A stretch of DNA of 64,000 nucleotides from Bdellovibrionales bacterium (GTDB lineage: Bacteria > Bdellovibrionota > Bdellovibrionia > Bdellovibrionales > UBA1609): assembly GCA_965261545.1 (NCBI GenBank), contig CBDHDF010000010.1, positions 960,001 through 1,024,000 of the forward strand. The letters run 5' to 3'. The translations under genes were made by a program, and so were the position numbers. The notes under the pieces were generated by a model, which saw nothing but the letters and a program-made list of their open reading frames with translations, was not told where the DNA came from and made no database searches. The first letter of the stretch is position 1. The number at the start of each line of letters is the position of its first letter. This document shows positions 35,031-45,874 of this stretch, one piece after another.

Positions 35031-37283
35031 ATGAGTTCAAAAAACAACGATATCAATTTATATATTAAGATTCAGTATCGTAATAAAGTTGTGTTTGAAG
35101 ATATCTTTTCAAATTTTCCAATTTCCATTGGACGTCATCCAAGCAATGATATTTCTTTTCCTGAATTTAATTGGTTATCTAGACAGCATGCTTGCATTGA
35201 GGAAGTTTCAGATCAACTCGTCTTAAGAGATATGCAAAGTGGTAATGGACTTCATGCCAATGGGAAGATCATCAAAACAGTCGTTATTAAAGGCCACCAA
35301 GTTGTTAAAATTCACGAGCTAGAAATAACTTTTTCTCTCTTGGACTCAGAAGCCACAGTGATCTTACAGCAACCACCGGACCTCGATGAGAATGGTGATG
35401 AAGCCACAGAAATCGTTTCACCTGAACCCTACCTTCGTCTCCAAAAAACCTTGGTCAAGTCGTTAAATGAGTCACCAGATAAGCCCTTAAACGAATCCTT
35501 GGGTGAATCACTGGATGAGCCGGATGAGCCCTTCAGTGGGCTACTGGATAGCCCACTGAATGATTCCTTAAACGAGTCATTGGATGAATCATTGGACGTC
35601 CCCTTGAACGAACCACTCGAACCACTGGATGAATCATTCCCAGTGGATGAATATGTTCAAGCACAAACCTTTGTCTCCCCAACAAGCCCTCAAGTCACAA
35701 ACCCCACGATTACAAAAAAGGAAACAAAGACGGAGACCAGAAGCAGCCTTTCTCGCCCCCCTCTTTCATCTCCCAAAAGGAAAGTACACCCTGTAACCTC
35801 TCACCATTCCATGGAAGGACCTTCAGGTTCTGTCAACCAGACCGCTCACACTCTTTGTCACACAGATATGAAGGTCCAAGAACTTTCCAAAGCCAAAATG
35901 AGTCTTCAAGTCACCGTAACCTGGCAGGGAGATATTTATGAGAGCCGTACCTTTCGCCACGGTGAGGATGTAAGCATCGGAGTGCACGCTTCATCCATTT
36001 ACCTCCCTATTCTCAATGGGAAATACCACCTCGCTGATTATGACGGGAACTATATTTACTGCTGCCTTTCAGAAAATGGGCATGGGGAGTATATTCCTAT
36101 AAATGCGGACGCCCAACCCCTACAGCAACTCATACCCTCCCTGCCGAATAAAGAAGGAGTACGGTTCCTCAAGCTCCATGCCGGAGATATGTGTGTGATT
36201 TCTATGGGGCAAGGGATTCTAGTTTATTTACAATACATTCCCTCACCTCGACAGTTGACAAACATCCGCCCCATTCTTCCTGAAAAACTTCTTAGAAGAA
36301 CGCTCACAGTTTCAGGCATTGGTCATGTCTTTGCTATTTTATTTATGTTCTTGCTCACGCCAAAAGAGCCCGATATTAAAATACGCAACCTTCCTCCAAG
36401 AATTGCTAAGCTCCTCATTCAAAAGCCTAAAACTCCACCTCCTCCCCCACCTACACCAGTGAAACCACCGGAGCCAAAGCCCAAAGTGAAGCCCGTGGTG
36501 AAAAATAAAAAAATACCCAAGGTGAACAAGAAAAAACTTATTAAAAAAGTGGTGCGAAAAAGAAAAATACGGAAACCTCGCAAAGTTGTCGTCAGAAAGA
36601 GTAAAAAAATGCAACGAATGAACAATAGGATGGTTGTTAAAAAGAAACCACCTCGAACCAATATTAAAAAACTAGGGGCTCTTGCAGCCCTTGGTCTTCG
36701 CAGCCCCATTTCAAAACCTCGAAACCGACCTGTGGCCTTAAATATTAACCCCAAAGCGGGGGGCGCCTCTTCACCAAAAATCAATACCAAGGGAGTCATT
36801 GGAACAATCAAAACTAAAAATGGACGCTTACCTCCCGCCTTGGGCAGCTCTGGAATCCAAACTAAGGGCAAGGGCTATGGAACGGGTAAAGGCTATGGAG
36901 TCCAGGGACTCAAGGGGCGTGCCGGCTCAAGAGGCATTGCTGGAGCTGTGCAAGGTAACCCCAAGCTTCTCGAGGTTCGTCGAACCGAAGGTCTCACACA
37001 TAAGCAGGTCATGAAAGAGGTCAATCGCCATATTGCCAAAATACAAGGTTGTTATGAAAAAGCCCTTCTCAGTGCTCCTAGTATTTCAGGTCTGGTTGAA
37101 TACGAATGGCATATCACACCCAAGGGGCGAGTGAAGTGGGCCAAAGTCAAGCGCTCCGAAGTCAGCAGTGGTGATGTTTTAAATAACTGTGTTGTCAGAG
37201 TTTTTAAGAAAATGAAGTTTCCTGTGGCTCAAAACGGAGAGTCCACGGTCCCAAGAATAGGCTTCCCCTTTGGAAGGTTATAA
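35031..37283 (+). CDS. FHA + TM + Pro-rich + AgmX/PglI C-terminal domain protein (GltG-like)
   Basis: FHA (IGRHPSNDI, SRQHA, SGNG), single TM, PPPPP linker, C-terminal IQGCYEKALL...CV...FP. Confidence 0.85.
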   Translation: MSSKNNDINLYIKIQYRNKVVFEDIFSNFPISIGRHPSNDISFPEFNWLSRQHACIEEVSDQLVLRDMQSGNGLHANGKIIKTVVIKGHQVVKIHELEITFSLLDSEATVILQQPPDLDENGDEATEIVSPEPYLRLQKTLVKSLNESPDKPLNESLGESLDEPDEPFSGLLDSPLNDSLNESLDESLDVPLNEPLEPLDESFPVDEYVQAQTFVSPTSPQVTNPTITKKETKTETRSSLSRPPLSSPKRKVHPVTSHHSMEGPSGSVNQTAHTLCHTDMKVQELSKAKMSLQVTVTWQGDIYESRTFRHGEDVSIGVHASSIYLPILNGKYHLADYDGNYIYCCLSENGHGEYIPINADAQPLQQLIPSLPNKEGVRFLKLHAGDMCVISMGQGILVYLQYIPSPRQLTNIRPILPEKLLRRTLTVSGIGHVFAILFMFLLTPKEPDIKIRNLPPRIAKLLIQKPKTPPPPPPTPVKPPEPKPKVKPVVKNKKIPKVNKKKLIKKVVRKRKIRKPRKVVVRKSKKMQRMNNRMVVKKKPPRTNIKKLGALAALGLRSPISKPRNRPVALNINPKAGGASSPKINTKGVIGTIKTKNGRLPPALGSSGIQTKGKGYGTGKGYGVQGLKGRAGSRGIAGAVQGNPKLLEVRRTEGLTHKQVMKEVNRHIAKIQGCYEKALLSAPSISGLVEYEWHITPKGRVKWAKVKRSEVSSGDVLNNCVVRVFKKMKFPVAQNGESTVPRIGFPFGRL
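35458..35637 (+). repeat. Degenerate 12-bp coding repeats (SLNE/PLNE/SLDE)
   Basis: SLNESPDKPLNESLGESLDE...PLNDSLNESLDESLDVPLNEPLEPLDES. Confidence 0.7.
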
Positions 37284-37284
37284 A

Positions 37285-37620
37285 GGAATACGATCCCGCC
37301 AATTCTCTCTGGATTATACGGCTGGTCCAAGAAGGCAGTCCTCCGTGTACAACCAGATTAGCGTCGCTCTCTGGCAAATCTCGATTCCTGTGGTATTTGG
37401 GACCTTATCTGGTCCCCATTCCTACCTCTATTTCTTATCAGATGAGATTTGTTTCTTCGGACACCCTTGTCCTCGTCTACACGTTCCCCTCCTCTAGGGT
37501 CGTGATCAATCTTTCATTGACTAATTCCTGCCCATGCCGGGGACACCACCGAGCAAAGTTACCTTACTTTGTGAGTCCATGCGGCTTTATTGCGATGCAT
37601 CTTGATGTCAATTCGTACCT
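37285..37620 (-). ncRNA. Candidate structured non-coding RNA, family not recognised
   Basis: About 105-nt rod (37285-37389) plus several hairpins; no credible ORF. Confidence 0.35.
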
Positions 37621-37684
37621 CAAGTTTATATTTTTTTATTGACAACAGTTATAATTATTCAGTAGGTGCTCCTTACGCTAGCTA

Positions 37685-39831
37685 GTTCCTGTCCAGGGAA
37701 GAAAGTTAAGTAGTTTTAAGTATTTACATGCCTTCCCTTTAGATTTTATGCTTTAAAATGGAGTCCATCAAACATAATCCGTGTAAATTCAGTTACTTAC
37801 ATAAAACGGAAAAATAAAATAAGTTCCCCCCCCCCTCTCTTGACGAACCTTTCACAGCCCCTCCCTTTCAGTGACTTATGTGGCTATCAACTGGTTACTT
37901 GATATGAGAGGAAGAGTTGGATCAACCTGTGTTTCCACCGTGGTGATTTCAAACCTCCTTCAGGGAAATAACATTACGTTGCGCATCAACTTCAAAAAAT
38001 ACTTGACGTGTTTTTTCAGAGAAATAATTTTTGATATTTTATTCTTCATTTATTTTTTATGTAGGTTTTAGGAGGCGTGGGAACCTCTCTATGAGGTAGA
38101 ATTCTTATCCATGTTCTCCGAGAACCTCTCTGATTTTTTTCTTCTTAAAAGACATCCTTGCTCACTTTTTTCCCTCAAAAAAACGTATGTTAATATAAAA
38201 ATTAAAGAGAAACTTTCACCAAAGGGGGGACTATGCGCCATTTGAAGAAGACACAGTTGGGACTCTTTTCCCAATATCCTAACCACCAACTCAGTACAGA
38301 ATTGCAGCAAATTAATAACATCATTGATCGCCATCCAGAGTTTGCCCATATGGTTCATGAAGACCTTGTTAAAGAAAAGAAAGATTCTGGTGATATTGGT
38401 ATGACATCGGAGCAAGTTCTCAAGGTGGCTATTCTTAAATCCATAAGAGGTCTTTCCTATCGTGCGTTAGCCTTTAATCTTGTCGATTCAGTATCCACCA
38501 GAGCTTTTCTGGGCCTTGAATTGGAAGAAAATTACGCTCACTCCACCTTACAGGACTTGATTGTTCAAATAAGTGAAGAAACTTGGGGAATTATTAGCGC
38601 CTCTTTAGTTTCAGATGCAAGAGATCAAAAGATTGAGCCGTGTAAGAAAATGAGATTGGACAGTACAGTGACGAAATCAAATATTCATCATCCAACGGAT
38701 GCATCCCTTTTATATGACTGCATAAGAGTTACAGAAAGAGAATTTAAAAAAGTTCGTAAAAATGTCATGAAAGATTTTTGGCGACTTATTTCAAGAGAAG
38801 ATCTTAAGAGAGCAAAAACCTTGCTTTACAAAATTAATAATTCCAAAAATGATGCGGAAAGACTACCTTGCTATAAGGAGCTTTTAAAAATCGCTACCAA
38901 ATTGAACAAAGGATTACCTGATACCATCAGAAAGATAAAAAAAGAACAAAAATGTGTGAAGATGAATGCTTTGAAAAAGAGTCTAAAACAGTTAGAAAAT
39001 GTTGCCTTCTACCTGGAAAAAATCATCTTTCAAACTCAAAAAAGAGTTATTGAGGGGAAAAAAGTATCTTCTGAAAAAAAGGTCCTATCCATCTTTGAAC
39101 CGCATACAGACATTATTGTAAAGGGGCAAAGAGAAGTCGAGTTTGGGCATAAAATCTTTTTGACCTCAGGGCAAAGCAACATGATTTTAGATTGTCAGAT
39201 CCCTGATGGCAACCCCGCAGACTCTGATATGTTTTTAAAAGTTATGAATTCAGTGACACAAACCTATGGGGCTTGCCCTGTAAAAGTAAGTGCAGATGGT
39301 GGGTTTGCTTCAAAAGAAAATCTTGAAGAGGCCAAAGAGATGGGGGCTAAAGATGTTTGCTTCCCAGAAAAAAAAGGAATGAAAATATTAAAGATGGTTA
39401 AAAGTGCTTGGGTCTTTAAAAATCTTCTCAATTGGAGAGCCGGAATAGAGGCTGTTATTTCATTCCTTAAGAGATGTTTTGGTATGAGAGTTGCTTACTG
39501 GAAAGGGCATGATGGTTTTAAGAGGTATGTAAAGAATGCCGTTTGTGCCTATAATTTTGTTGTCTTGGCAAGACATGAATTATCAACTGTCACCTAAATT
39601 TATCCATTAGGAATAACAGCAATGGACCAGGTCGAAGGTGCTAAAATCTTCCAAAGGTAGGGGTGCGTCTTCAAATCGAAAAAACTAGGGCGCAAGTCGC
39701 TTAAAGACCTTTTTCCCCTTAATCTGTAGAGTTTGTGTGGCAAATCTCCAACTCTCACTCCCCCATTGAGGCATTGGGAGGCTCAATGGGGAGTGTCAGA
39801 GAACAAAAAATGGGCCTTTCTGGACAGAAAC
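37685..39831 (+). mobile_element. ISNCY (ISDol1-like) element, copy 1, intact
   Basis: IRs GTTCCTGTCCAG / CTGGACAGAAAC; 6-bp TSD TAGCTA at 37679-37684 and 39832-39837. Confidence 0.88.
38233..39597 (+). CDS. ISNCY/IS5-like DDE transposase (454 aa)
   Basis: RLDSTV, SIFEPHTDIIVKG.REVEFGHK, ADGGFAS, RAGIEAVISFLKR. Confidence 0.9.
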   Translation: MRHLKKTQLGLFSQYPNHQLSTELQQINNIIDRHPEFAHMVHEDLVKEKKDSGDIGMTSEQVLKVAILKSIRGLSYRALAFNLVDSVSTRAFLGLELEENYAHSTLQDLIVQISEETWGIISASLVSDARDQKIEPCKKMRLDSTVTKSNIHHPTDASLLYDCIRVTEREFKKVRKNVMKDFWRLISREDLKRAKTLLYKINNSKNDAERLPCYKELLKIATKLNKGLPDTIRKIKKEQKCVKMNALKKSLKQLENVAFYLEKIIFQTQKRVIEGKKVSSEKKVLSIFEPHTDIIVKGQREVEFGHKIFLTSGQSNMILDCQIPDGNPADSDMFLKVMNSVTQTYGACPVKVSADGGFASKENLEEAKEMGAKDVCFPEKKGMKILKMVKSAWVFKNLLNWRAGIEAVISFLKRCFGMRVAYWKGHDGFKRYVKNAVCAYNFVVLARHELSTVT

Positions 39832-39929
39832 TAGCTACATAATTAATTATAACCATAGCAACAGTCAGCTCGTTACTTCTATGTTGCAAATTAAGCCAAA
39901 CCACCCCAATTCCAATTAGGAGGAACATT

Positions 39930-40202
39930 ATGATTGCAAATATAATCACTAAAAGTATTTCTAGTAGAAACATCAAAAACACTTCCAAATACCTATGTGC
40001 ACTATGCTTGCTTATTACAACGCCATCAGTCCATGCCATTTCTAGTGGCAATAGTTCCGCTGCCAGTGCTGCCAGTTCTGCAGCCAGCGTTGCATCTTTT
40101 AACCAAGCTCTCATAGCCTCCAAACTCAGTGTGACGGCAGCAAGTCTTGCTAGTCAAGCTGCTGTAGAAGCATCTGTGCAAGCCATTGAAGCAACTTTAG
40201 AG
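39930..40202 (+). pseudogene. 5' half of an Ala-rich exported hypothetical gene split by the 21-kb insertion
   Basis: AGGAGG RBS; joins in frame to 61322-61678 after removing one TSD copy (...EATLE|LGRKVV...), about 209 aa in total. Confidence 0.85.
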
Positions 40203-41773
40203 GTAACTATTCAGGGGGTGGGCGAATTCGAGTCATAAATGAGGGAAGTTTTCCTTGAAATAGCATATTTAGAGCATCTTTAGGTTCTATGCCATTTTTC
40301 TGGCAAGTCAGGAGAAAGCTTCGGTTTCTACAAAATGTCTTGGCTCCCATCAACGAACGAAAGCACCCAGATATTTTCTGCTGAACTTTGGTCATTCTCA
40401 GATCATTTTCTGCTATATTATTCGTAAATGGAACTATGGGGTCCTTCATAAAGAGCAAGGTATCATCTTCAAAGTTTCTCAGTCGATCTAGTAAATTTCT
40501 AGATTTGGATTGTTTAACCTTTCCCTTCTTTTTTTTCTCTGTCCTCTCCATTAATGGAGATTCCTTTTCCCCTTCGAAGAGAATATTTCGATATTTCTCT
40601 TTGTAATATTCAATTCGGTCTTGTGAAAGGCATTGGTTCTGCGTATCGTGCACCTCTTTGTTTATTGTCTCTAAAAGAGACTTCATTTCTTTTGCCCATT
40701 TTTGATCATCTTGCTCCCAAGCTCTTTGAAGCTCCCTTAAATGGTGCGCATTGCAAAGGGCATGAATGCAGGAAGTATATGTATAATAAGGTTTCCAATG
40801 GTCATGACAAACAATCCCTGTGTATTTTGGAAGAATTCCCATGCGATCCATAGCCTCTGCGCCTCTTTTTTCGTCCACCTGATAGAGAACCACAGTATCA
40901 TTGGACAAGAGGTGAAACCACAGCCTCTTCCCATTAACATTCACTCCAGTTTCGTCAGCATGAATCAAAGGTGAGTTCAGAAGAGTTTCCTTTGCCCACT
41001 CCTCAAAAGCTTCCAGAGCCTCAAAGGCAGATTTGTTAAAATTGTGTACCGTAGATCCAGCAAGCGATAGACCCCATTGATTAAAGTAACTTGCGACTCG
41101 AAGATGAGGGATTAACTGAAACTGGGACATATAAACTGAGTGAGCTTTCACAGAAGGGCCATATTGAGTTGGGTTATTGATTCCTTCTGGAAAACCTGCA
41201 ACCCACTGATTCCCATCTTGGTCTTCGAGGATTTCTCCTTGATACTCCGTGACATGCACAGAAAGGTCTACCTCAAATACTTGACGCTTTTCAACTCCAG
41301 AAGAAATGTAATCACCTGGAGGAAGTTCCTCTTTATTAATAGAAATGAACTCCACCTTGTCTGGAGTATCCACGGGTTTTAAAGTAGCTCCTTCGTGTCC
41401 GGGTTGTCCTCCTGGCTTCTTACCAGTTTCTTCCTTAGGTTTCTTTTTAGGGCCATTCGGATCTTGAGAAGGGGCAATACTACTGTTTTGACTATTTAAT
41501 TTTTTTTGATTTACTAGAATAGTGATGATTTTGATCAACAACTCAATGGCCACAATAAAAGCGGGAGAAAGGGACTTCTCTTTCTTAAGAAGCTTCCCAT
41601 AGGTGTTCGTGGTTTTTTTCTAATTTTAATTCCGAATTAATGGAAATACTTTTCAAGCCTCCTTTTTTACATAGAGGGAAGTGGGCGATTTATAAATATT
41701 TATAGATGGTATTTTGAGAAATGGACGCAGATTGACATTTGATATCCACGACAAGCCATGTGTTTTAAGAGAC

Positions 41774-42237
41774 TTAATTGTGTAACGAAAGAACTGTGGA
41801 CTTTTGGGAACAACAGAATTTAAATTTCTTTCCACTTCCGCATGGACAGGATTGATTTCTTTCAATTTTTTCGCTTTGGTCATTTTTCTGCTGTGATGCC
41901 GACATATCTTCAGTTACAATTTTTTTTTCTTTTCATCTTCCAAATCCTCATCCAAATTATCAAAAAGAATATCTCCTAGATTCTGGTGAAAGTAACGATT
42001 TTTAAATTGAGATATGAGCATCATAAAAATACATGTAAGAACCAAAAGTGTGAGTGAAGCAAAAAACAAATAAGATGCTTGCATCTGAGTTAATGGGAGG
42101 ATGAGTGCCAGTAAATAACCAAATCCAAATACCAATAAGGAAATAAAAAGAGATATAAAGGATCCCAAAGAAAGTAATATTAAAAGTCCAAAAATCATTG
42201 CTATTTTTTGCTCCTGTCGAATACAATGAATCCGCAT
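41774..42237 (-). pseudogene. Passenger membrane protein with C-terminal SEC-C motif, frameshifted at an A9 tract
   Basis: 107-aa TM ORF; the -1 frame from 41920 reads IVTEDMSASQQKNDQSEKIERNQSCPCGSGKKFKFCC...stop at 41774. Confidence 0.8.
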
Positions 42238-42342
42238 AGATACAAGTGAGTTATCTACAGACTTAATGATTCTCGCGTTAGTATCTTAATAGGTCAAGAT
42301 TAATTGGAGGAAATTTTTATTTTTTAAACGCAGGGGGCAAAT

Positions 42343-43587
42343 ATGAGCACGGAAGCTCAAACACTTAAAACGATCAAAAAATGTTTCAAGAAAGTTATTC
42401 CTGAAAAGGACTCTCGGGCAACCATTCCACCTCTTGAGTTTATTGTGGCTCTTGTCTTGTCATTCCAGGGAGACTCTAAGACATATTCAATAGAGGGGAT
42501 TAGGAGGTTTATGATAAGTCATTTAGGGTTAAGAATTGAAAGACACAGCTTCTGGGAAAGACTCTCTAGAAAAAGATTAAAAAAGCTTCTGAGTAAACTG
42601 GTTGAAATGCTCATGATAAAGCTATCTCATGGAGCTTTTCATGGAAGCAAAGCCATATTATTACAACTGGGAGTCTCAGACGTTCTTCTTGTTGACTCAA
42701 GCACAATAAGCCTTTGGGATGGAGCATCTGAGAATTTTCCAGGGACAAGAACAAACGCAGGAATTAAATGGCACGCTTGTTTCAGTTTATTCAGTGGTAT
42801 AATGACTTGGTTCGAATTAACTCCGTCTTCCACTAACGATAGGAAGTGCTTTCCTGATATAAAGGAACTCGTTGGAAAATTAGTCATCTTTGATTTGGGA
42901 TATTGGGACTATGGCTTATTGTCATCTATTCATGAAGCTAAAGGATTTTTCTTGTCTAGAGTGAAGTCAAATGCCTCTATTCTTATTGATGCTGTTGTTG
43001 AAGGTTTGCCAGATTACTATGTTGGAAAAGAGTTCTCTGATATTAAACTCAAGAAAAAAAACGATGTTGTTGAATTTATAGGCAGTGTCTTGTCCAATGG
43101 TAAATGGGTAAGTTTGAGAATTGTAGGCTTCTGGAATTCCTCCGAAAAACGCTATCATTGGTATTGCACGAATTTAGATGTGGCAGCGGAGTCCATATAT
43201 CCAATTTATCGTTTACGTTGGCAATGTGAACTTATTTTCAAATCTTGTAAGAATTCTTTGAATGCAAATCAGATCACCTCAAACGATCAAAATATCATAG
43301 AGAGTCTTCTTCTTGCTTCATTAGCGGCTCACCTCACATCAAGTGTTGTTTTGAGGATAGGAAGAACTAAACTCAATAAGGAACAAAATGACTCCACATC
43401 GTTTCAAAGAGTTGCTAAGGTTACCGTCTTATTAGCCTCTGATTTTATCAAATATCTCCTAAGCTCATCTCAAAAGTATTTAAATATTTTGATAGAGAAG
43501 ATCAAGATATTCTCCCATGAAATTTATGACACAAACTACCGACGGCGAAAAACATCAATGAATATGGCTAAAAAGGTCTTGCTATGA
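42343..43587 (+). CDS. IS4-family transposase (414 aa)
   Basis: VDSST, FDLGY, YRLRWQCELIFK (YREK motif). Confidence 0.93.
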   Translation: MSTEAQTLKTIKKCFKKVIPEKDSRATIPPLEFIVALVLSFQGDSKTYSIEGIRRFMISHLGLRIERHSFWERLSRKRLKKLLSKLVEMLMIKLSHGAFHGSKAILLQLGVSDVLLVDSSTISLWDGASENFPGTRTNAGIKWHACFSLFSGIMTWFELTPSSTNDRKCFPDIKELVGKLVIFDLGYWDYGLLSSIHEAKGFFLSRVKSNASILIDAVVEGLPDYYVGKEFSDIKLKKKNDVVEFIGSVLSNGKWVSLRIVGFWNSSEKRYHWYCTNLDVAAESIYPIYRLRWQCELIFKSCKNSLNANQITSNDQNIIESLLLASLAAHLTSSVVLRIGRTKLNKEQNDSTSFQRVAKVTVLLASDFIKYLLSSSQKYLNILIEKIKIFSHEIYDTNYRRRKTSMNMAKKVLL

Positions 43588-45874
43588 AAGAATAAAAAAC
43601 CACGAACACCTATGAGAAGCTTCCTGATTTTATTTATGGCTGAAGACACGTCAATATTTTCTATTTTCATACTTACCTTATGAAAATATTAACATGCCTT
43701 TTTTTCATTAAAAAAAATGCACTAGGATTCGTTCTAAGAAGCAAAAGGAATGAGAAGTGCCCCCCGCGACCTATGTTTCACAATCTTTCAATACTATGGC
43801 TCTCAGAGAGTTTAAGGCATATGCAGGAACATATTCGATAAAGAACAAATGAAAGAGGTCGTTTGCTTCAAAAACTTGTCAAGAATTTTTATACTTTTTT
43901 TAAAAAAATTGTTCGAATTAATGCGGCACCCCCTGAATAGTTACTATGAATCTCCGGGGTAGTTTGGACGCACGAATCCACTATCCGTTCTTCGAATTTT
44001 TTCAAATGTCCGAGTTTTTAAATCATCCTACATTACATGAAATCATACTTTTTTAACGCTCTAATCCACCTTGGTGCATTTTTTTTCACCATGAGCTTTT
44101 CATAGTCAATTCCAGGGTCTTTGTAGGGGGTGTCATTACTTATGACTGAATAAACAACTCCCATCATTTTGTGACCAACGGCAATCACTGATCTCTTGTG
44201 CCCACGCCTTATAACAAGTGATTGGTATTTGCCTTTGAATTGTGAATTCGTCTTAATAGCACTATTGGCCATCTCACATACCAACGATTTCACATATGTG
44301 TTCGCTTTCCTCGTTCGTGAAGACTTTTTTTTCCTGCGCTCTCATTATTGGATGGGCAAATCCCCATCCAGGAGCAAAAATTTCCTTTATTTTTAAAAGA
44401 CTTCACATTGCCTCCTATTTCTGCAATCAAAAGCGCTGCACTTAATTCGTCAATTCCAGGTATAGTCTGGAGTAGATGCCACTGCCTTTCATAGGGTTTC
44501 ATACGAATGAAAAGTTCTTCTTCAATTTGAGAGCATTCTTTTTTCAAAAAATCTATTCGATCAAGAATGCGTTGAAGAACAAAACGATTTTCTTCCGTCA
44601 TCTTTCCCGACAGGGCGTAAGAAAATTCTTCGGTCTTTTGACGTAAAGACCCTCTGGCAAGAGACATCAATTTAGAAACTGATCTCTCTCCATTAGCTAG
44701 TTTCTGTCCAGAAAGGCCCATTTTTTGTTCTCTGACACTCCCCATTGAGCCTCCCAATGCCTCAATGGGGGAGTGAGAGTTGGAGATTTGCCACACAAAC
44801 TCTACAGATTAAGGGGAAAAAGGTCTTTAAGCGACTTGCGCCCTAGTTTTTTCGATTTGAAGACGCACCCCTACCTTTGGAAGATTTTAGCACCTTCGAC
44901 CTGGTCCATTGCTGTTATTCCTAATGGATAAATTTAGGTGACAGTTGATAATTCATGTCTTGCCAAGACAACAAAATTATAGGCACAAACGGCATTCTTT
45001 ACATACCTCTTAAAACCATCATGCCCTTTCCAGTAAGCAACTCTCATACCAAAACATCTCTTAAGGAATGAAATAACAGCCTCTATTCCGGCTCTCCAAT
45101 TGAGAAGATTTTTAAAGACCCAAGCACTTTTAACCATCTTTAATATTTTCATTCCTTTTTTTTCTGGGAAGCAAACATCTTTAGCCCCCATCTCTTTGGC
45201 CTCTTCAAGATTTTCTTTTGAAGCAAACCCACCATCTGCACTTACTTTTACAGGGCAAGCCCCATAGGTTTGTGTCACTGAATTCATAACTTTTAAAAAC
45301 ATATCAGAGTCTGCGGGGTTGCCATCAGGGATCTGACAATCTAAAATCATGTTGCTTTGCCCTGAGGTCAAAAAGATTTTATGCCCAAACTCGACTTCTC
45401 TTTGCCCCTTTACAATAATGTCTGTATGCGGTTCAAAGATGGATAGGACCTTTTTTTCAGAAGATACTTTTTTCCCCTCAATAACTCTTTTTTGAGTTTG
45501 AAAGATGATTTTTTCCAGGTAGAAGGCAACATTTTCTAACTGTTTTAGACTCTTTTTCAAAGCATTCATCTTCACACATTTTTGTTCTTTTTTTATCTTT
45601 CTGATGGTATCAGGTAATCCTTTGTTCAATTTGGTAGCGATTTTTAAAAGCTCCTTATAGCAAGGTAGTCTTTCCGCATCATTTTTGGAATTATTAATTT
45701 TGTAAAGCAAGGTTTTTGCTCTCTTAAGATCTTCTCTTGAAATAAGTCGCCAAAAATCTTTCATGACATTTTTACGAACTTTTTTAAATTCTCTTTCTGT
45801 AACTCTTATGCAGTCATATAAAAGCGATGCATCCGTTGGATGATGAATATTTGATCACTCATGTTGATACCCCC

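Larger units (their letters stand above)
41598..43614 (+). mobile_element. IS4-family element carrying a passenger gene
   Basis: IRs CATAGGTGTTCGTGGTTTTT; 10-bp TSD AGAAGCTTCC at 41588-41597 and 43615-43624. Confidence 0.92.
40207..43670 (-). pseudogene. IS66 transposase interrupted near its 5' end by an IS4 element
   Basis: MKIENIDVSSAINKIRKL (43670-43615) rejoins LKKEKSLSP...NSSIAPSQD, GGQPGHEG, HADETG, CNAHHLREL, FTNNIAENDLRM. Confidence 0.9.
40203..43944 (-). mobile_element. IS66-family element (single-gene, ISBst12-like)
   Basis: 18-bp IRs GTAACTATTCAGGGGGTG (40203-40220; reverse complement at 43927-43944); 8-bp TSD CTTTAGAG at 40195-40202 and 61314-61321. Confidence 0.92.

Noticed and set aside
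41653..41883. 76-aa ORF as a second passenger gene
   Set aside because: Overlaps the SEC-C-encoding frame, which is the recognisable one
44325..44332. Programmed frameshift in the IS110 recombinase
   Set aside because: The inner copy has T9 and is in frame; this is a homopolymer indel or sequencing error in an already disrupted copy
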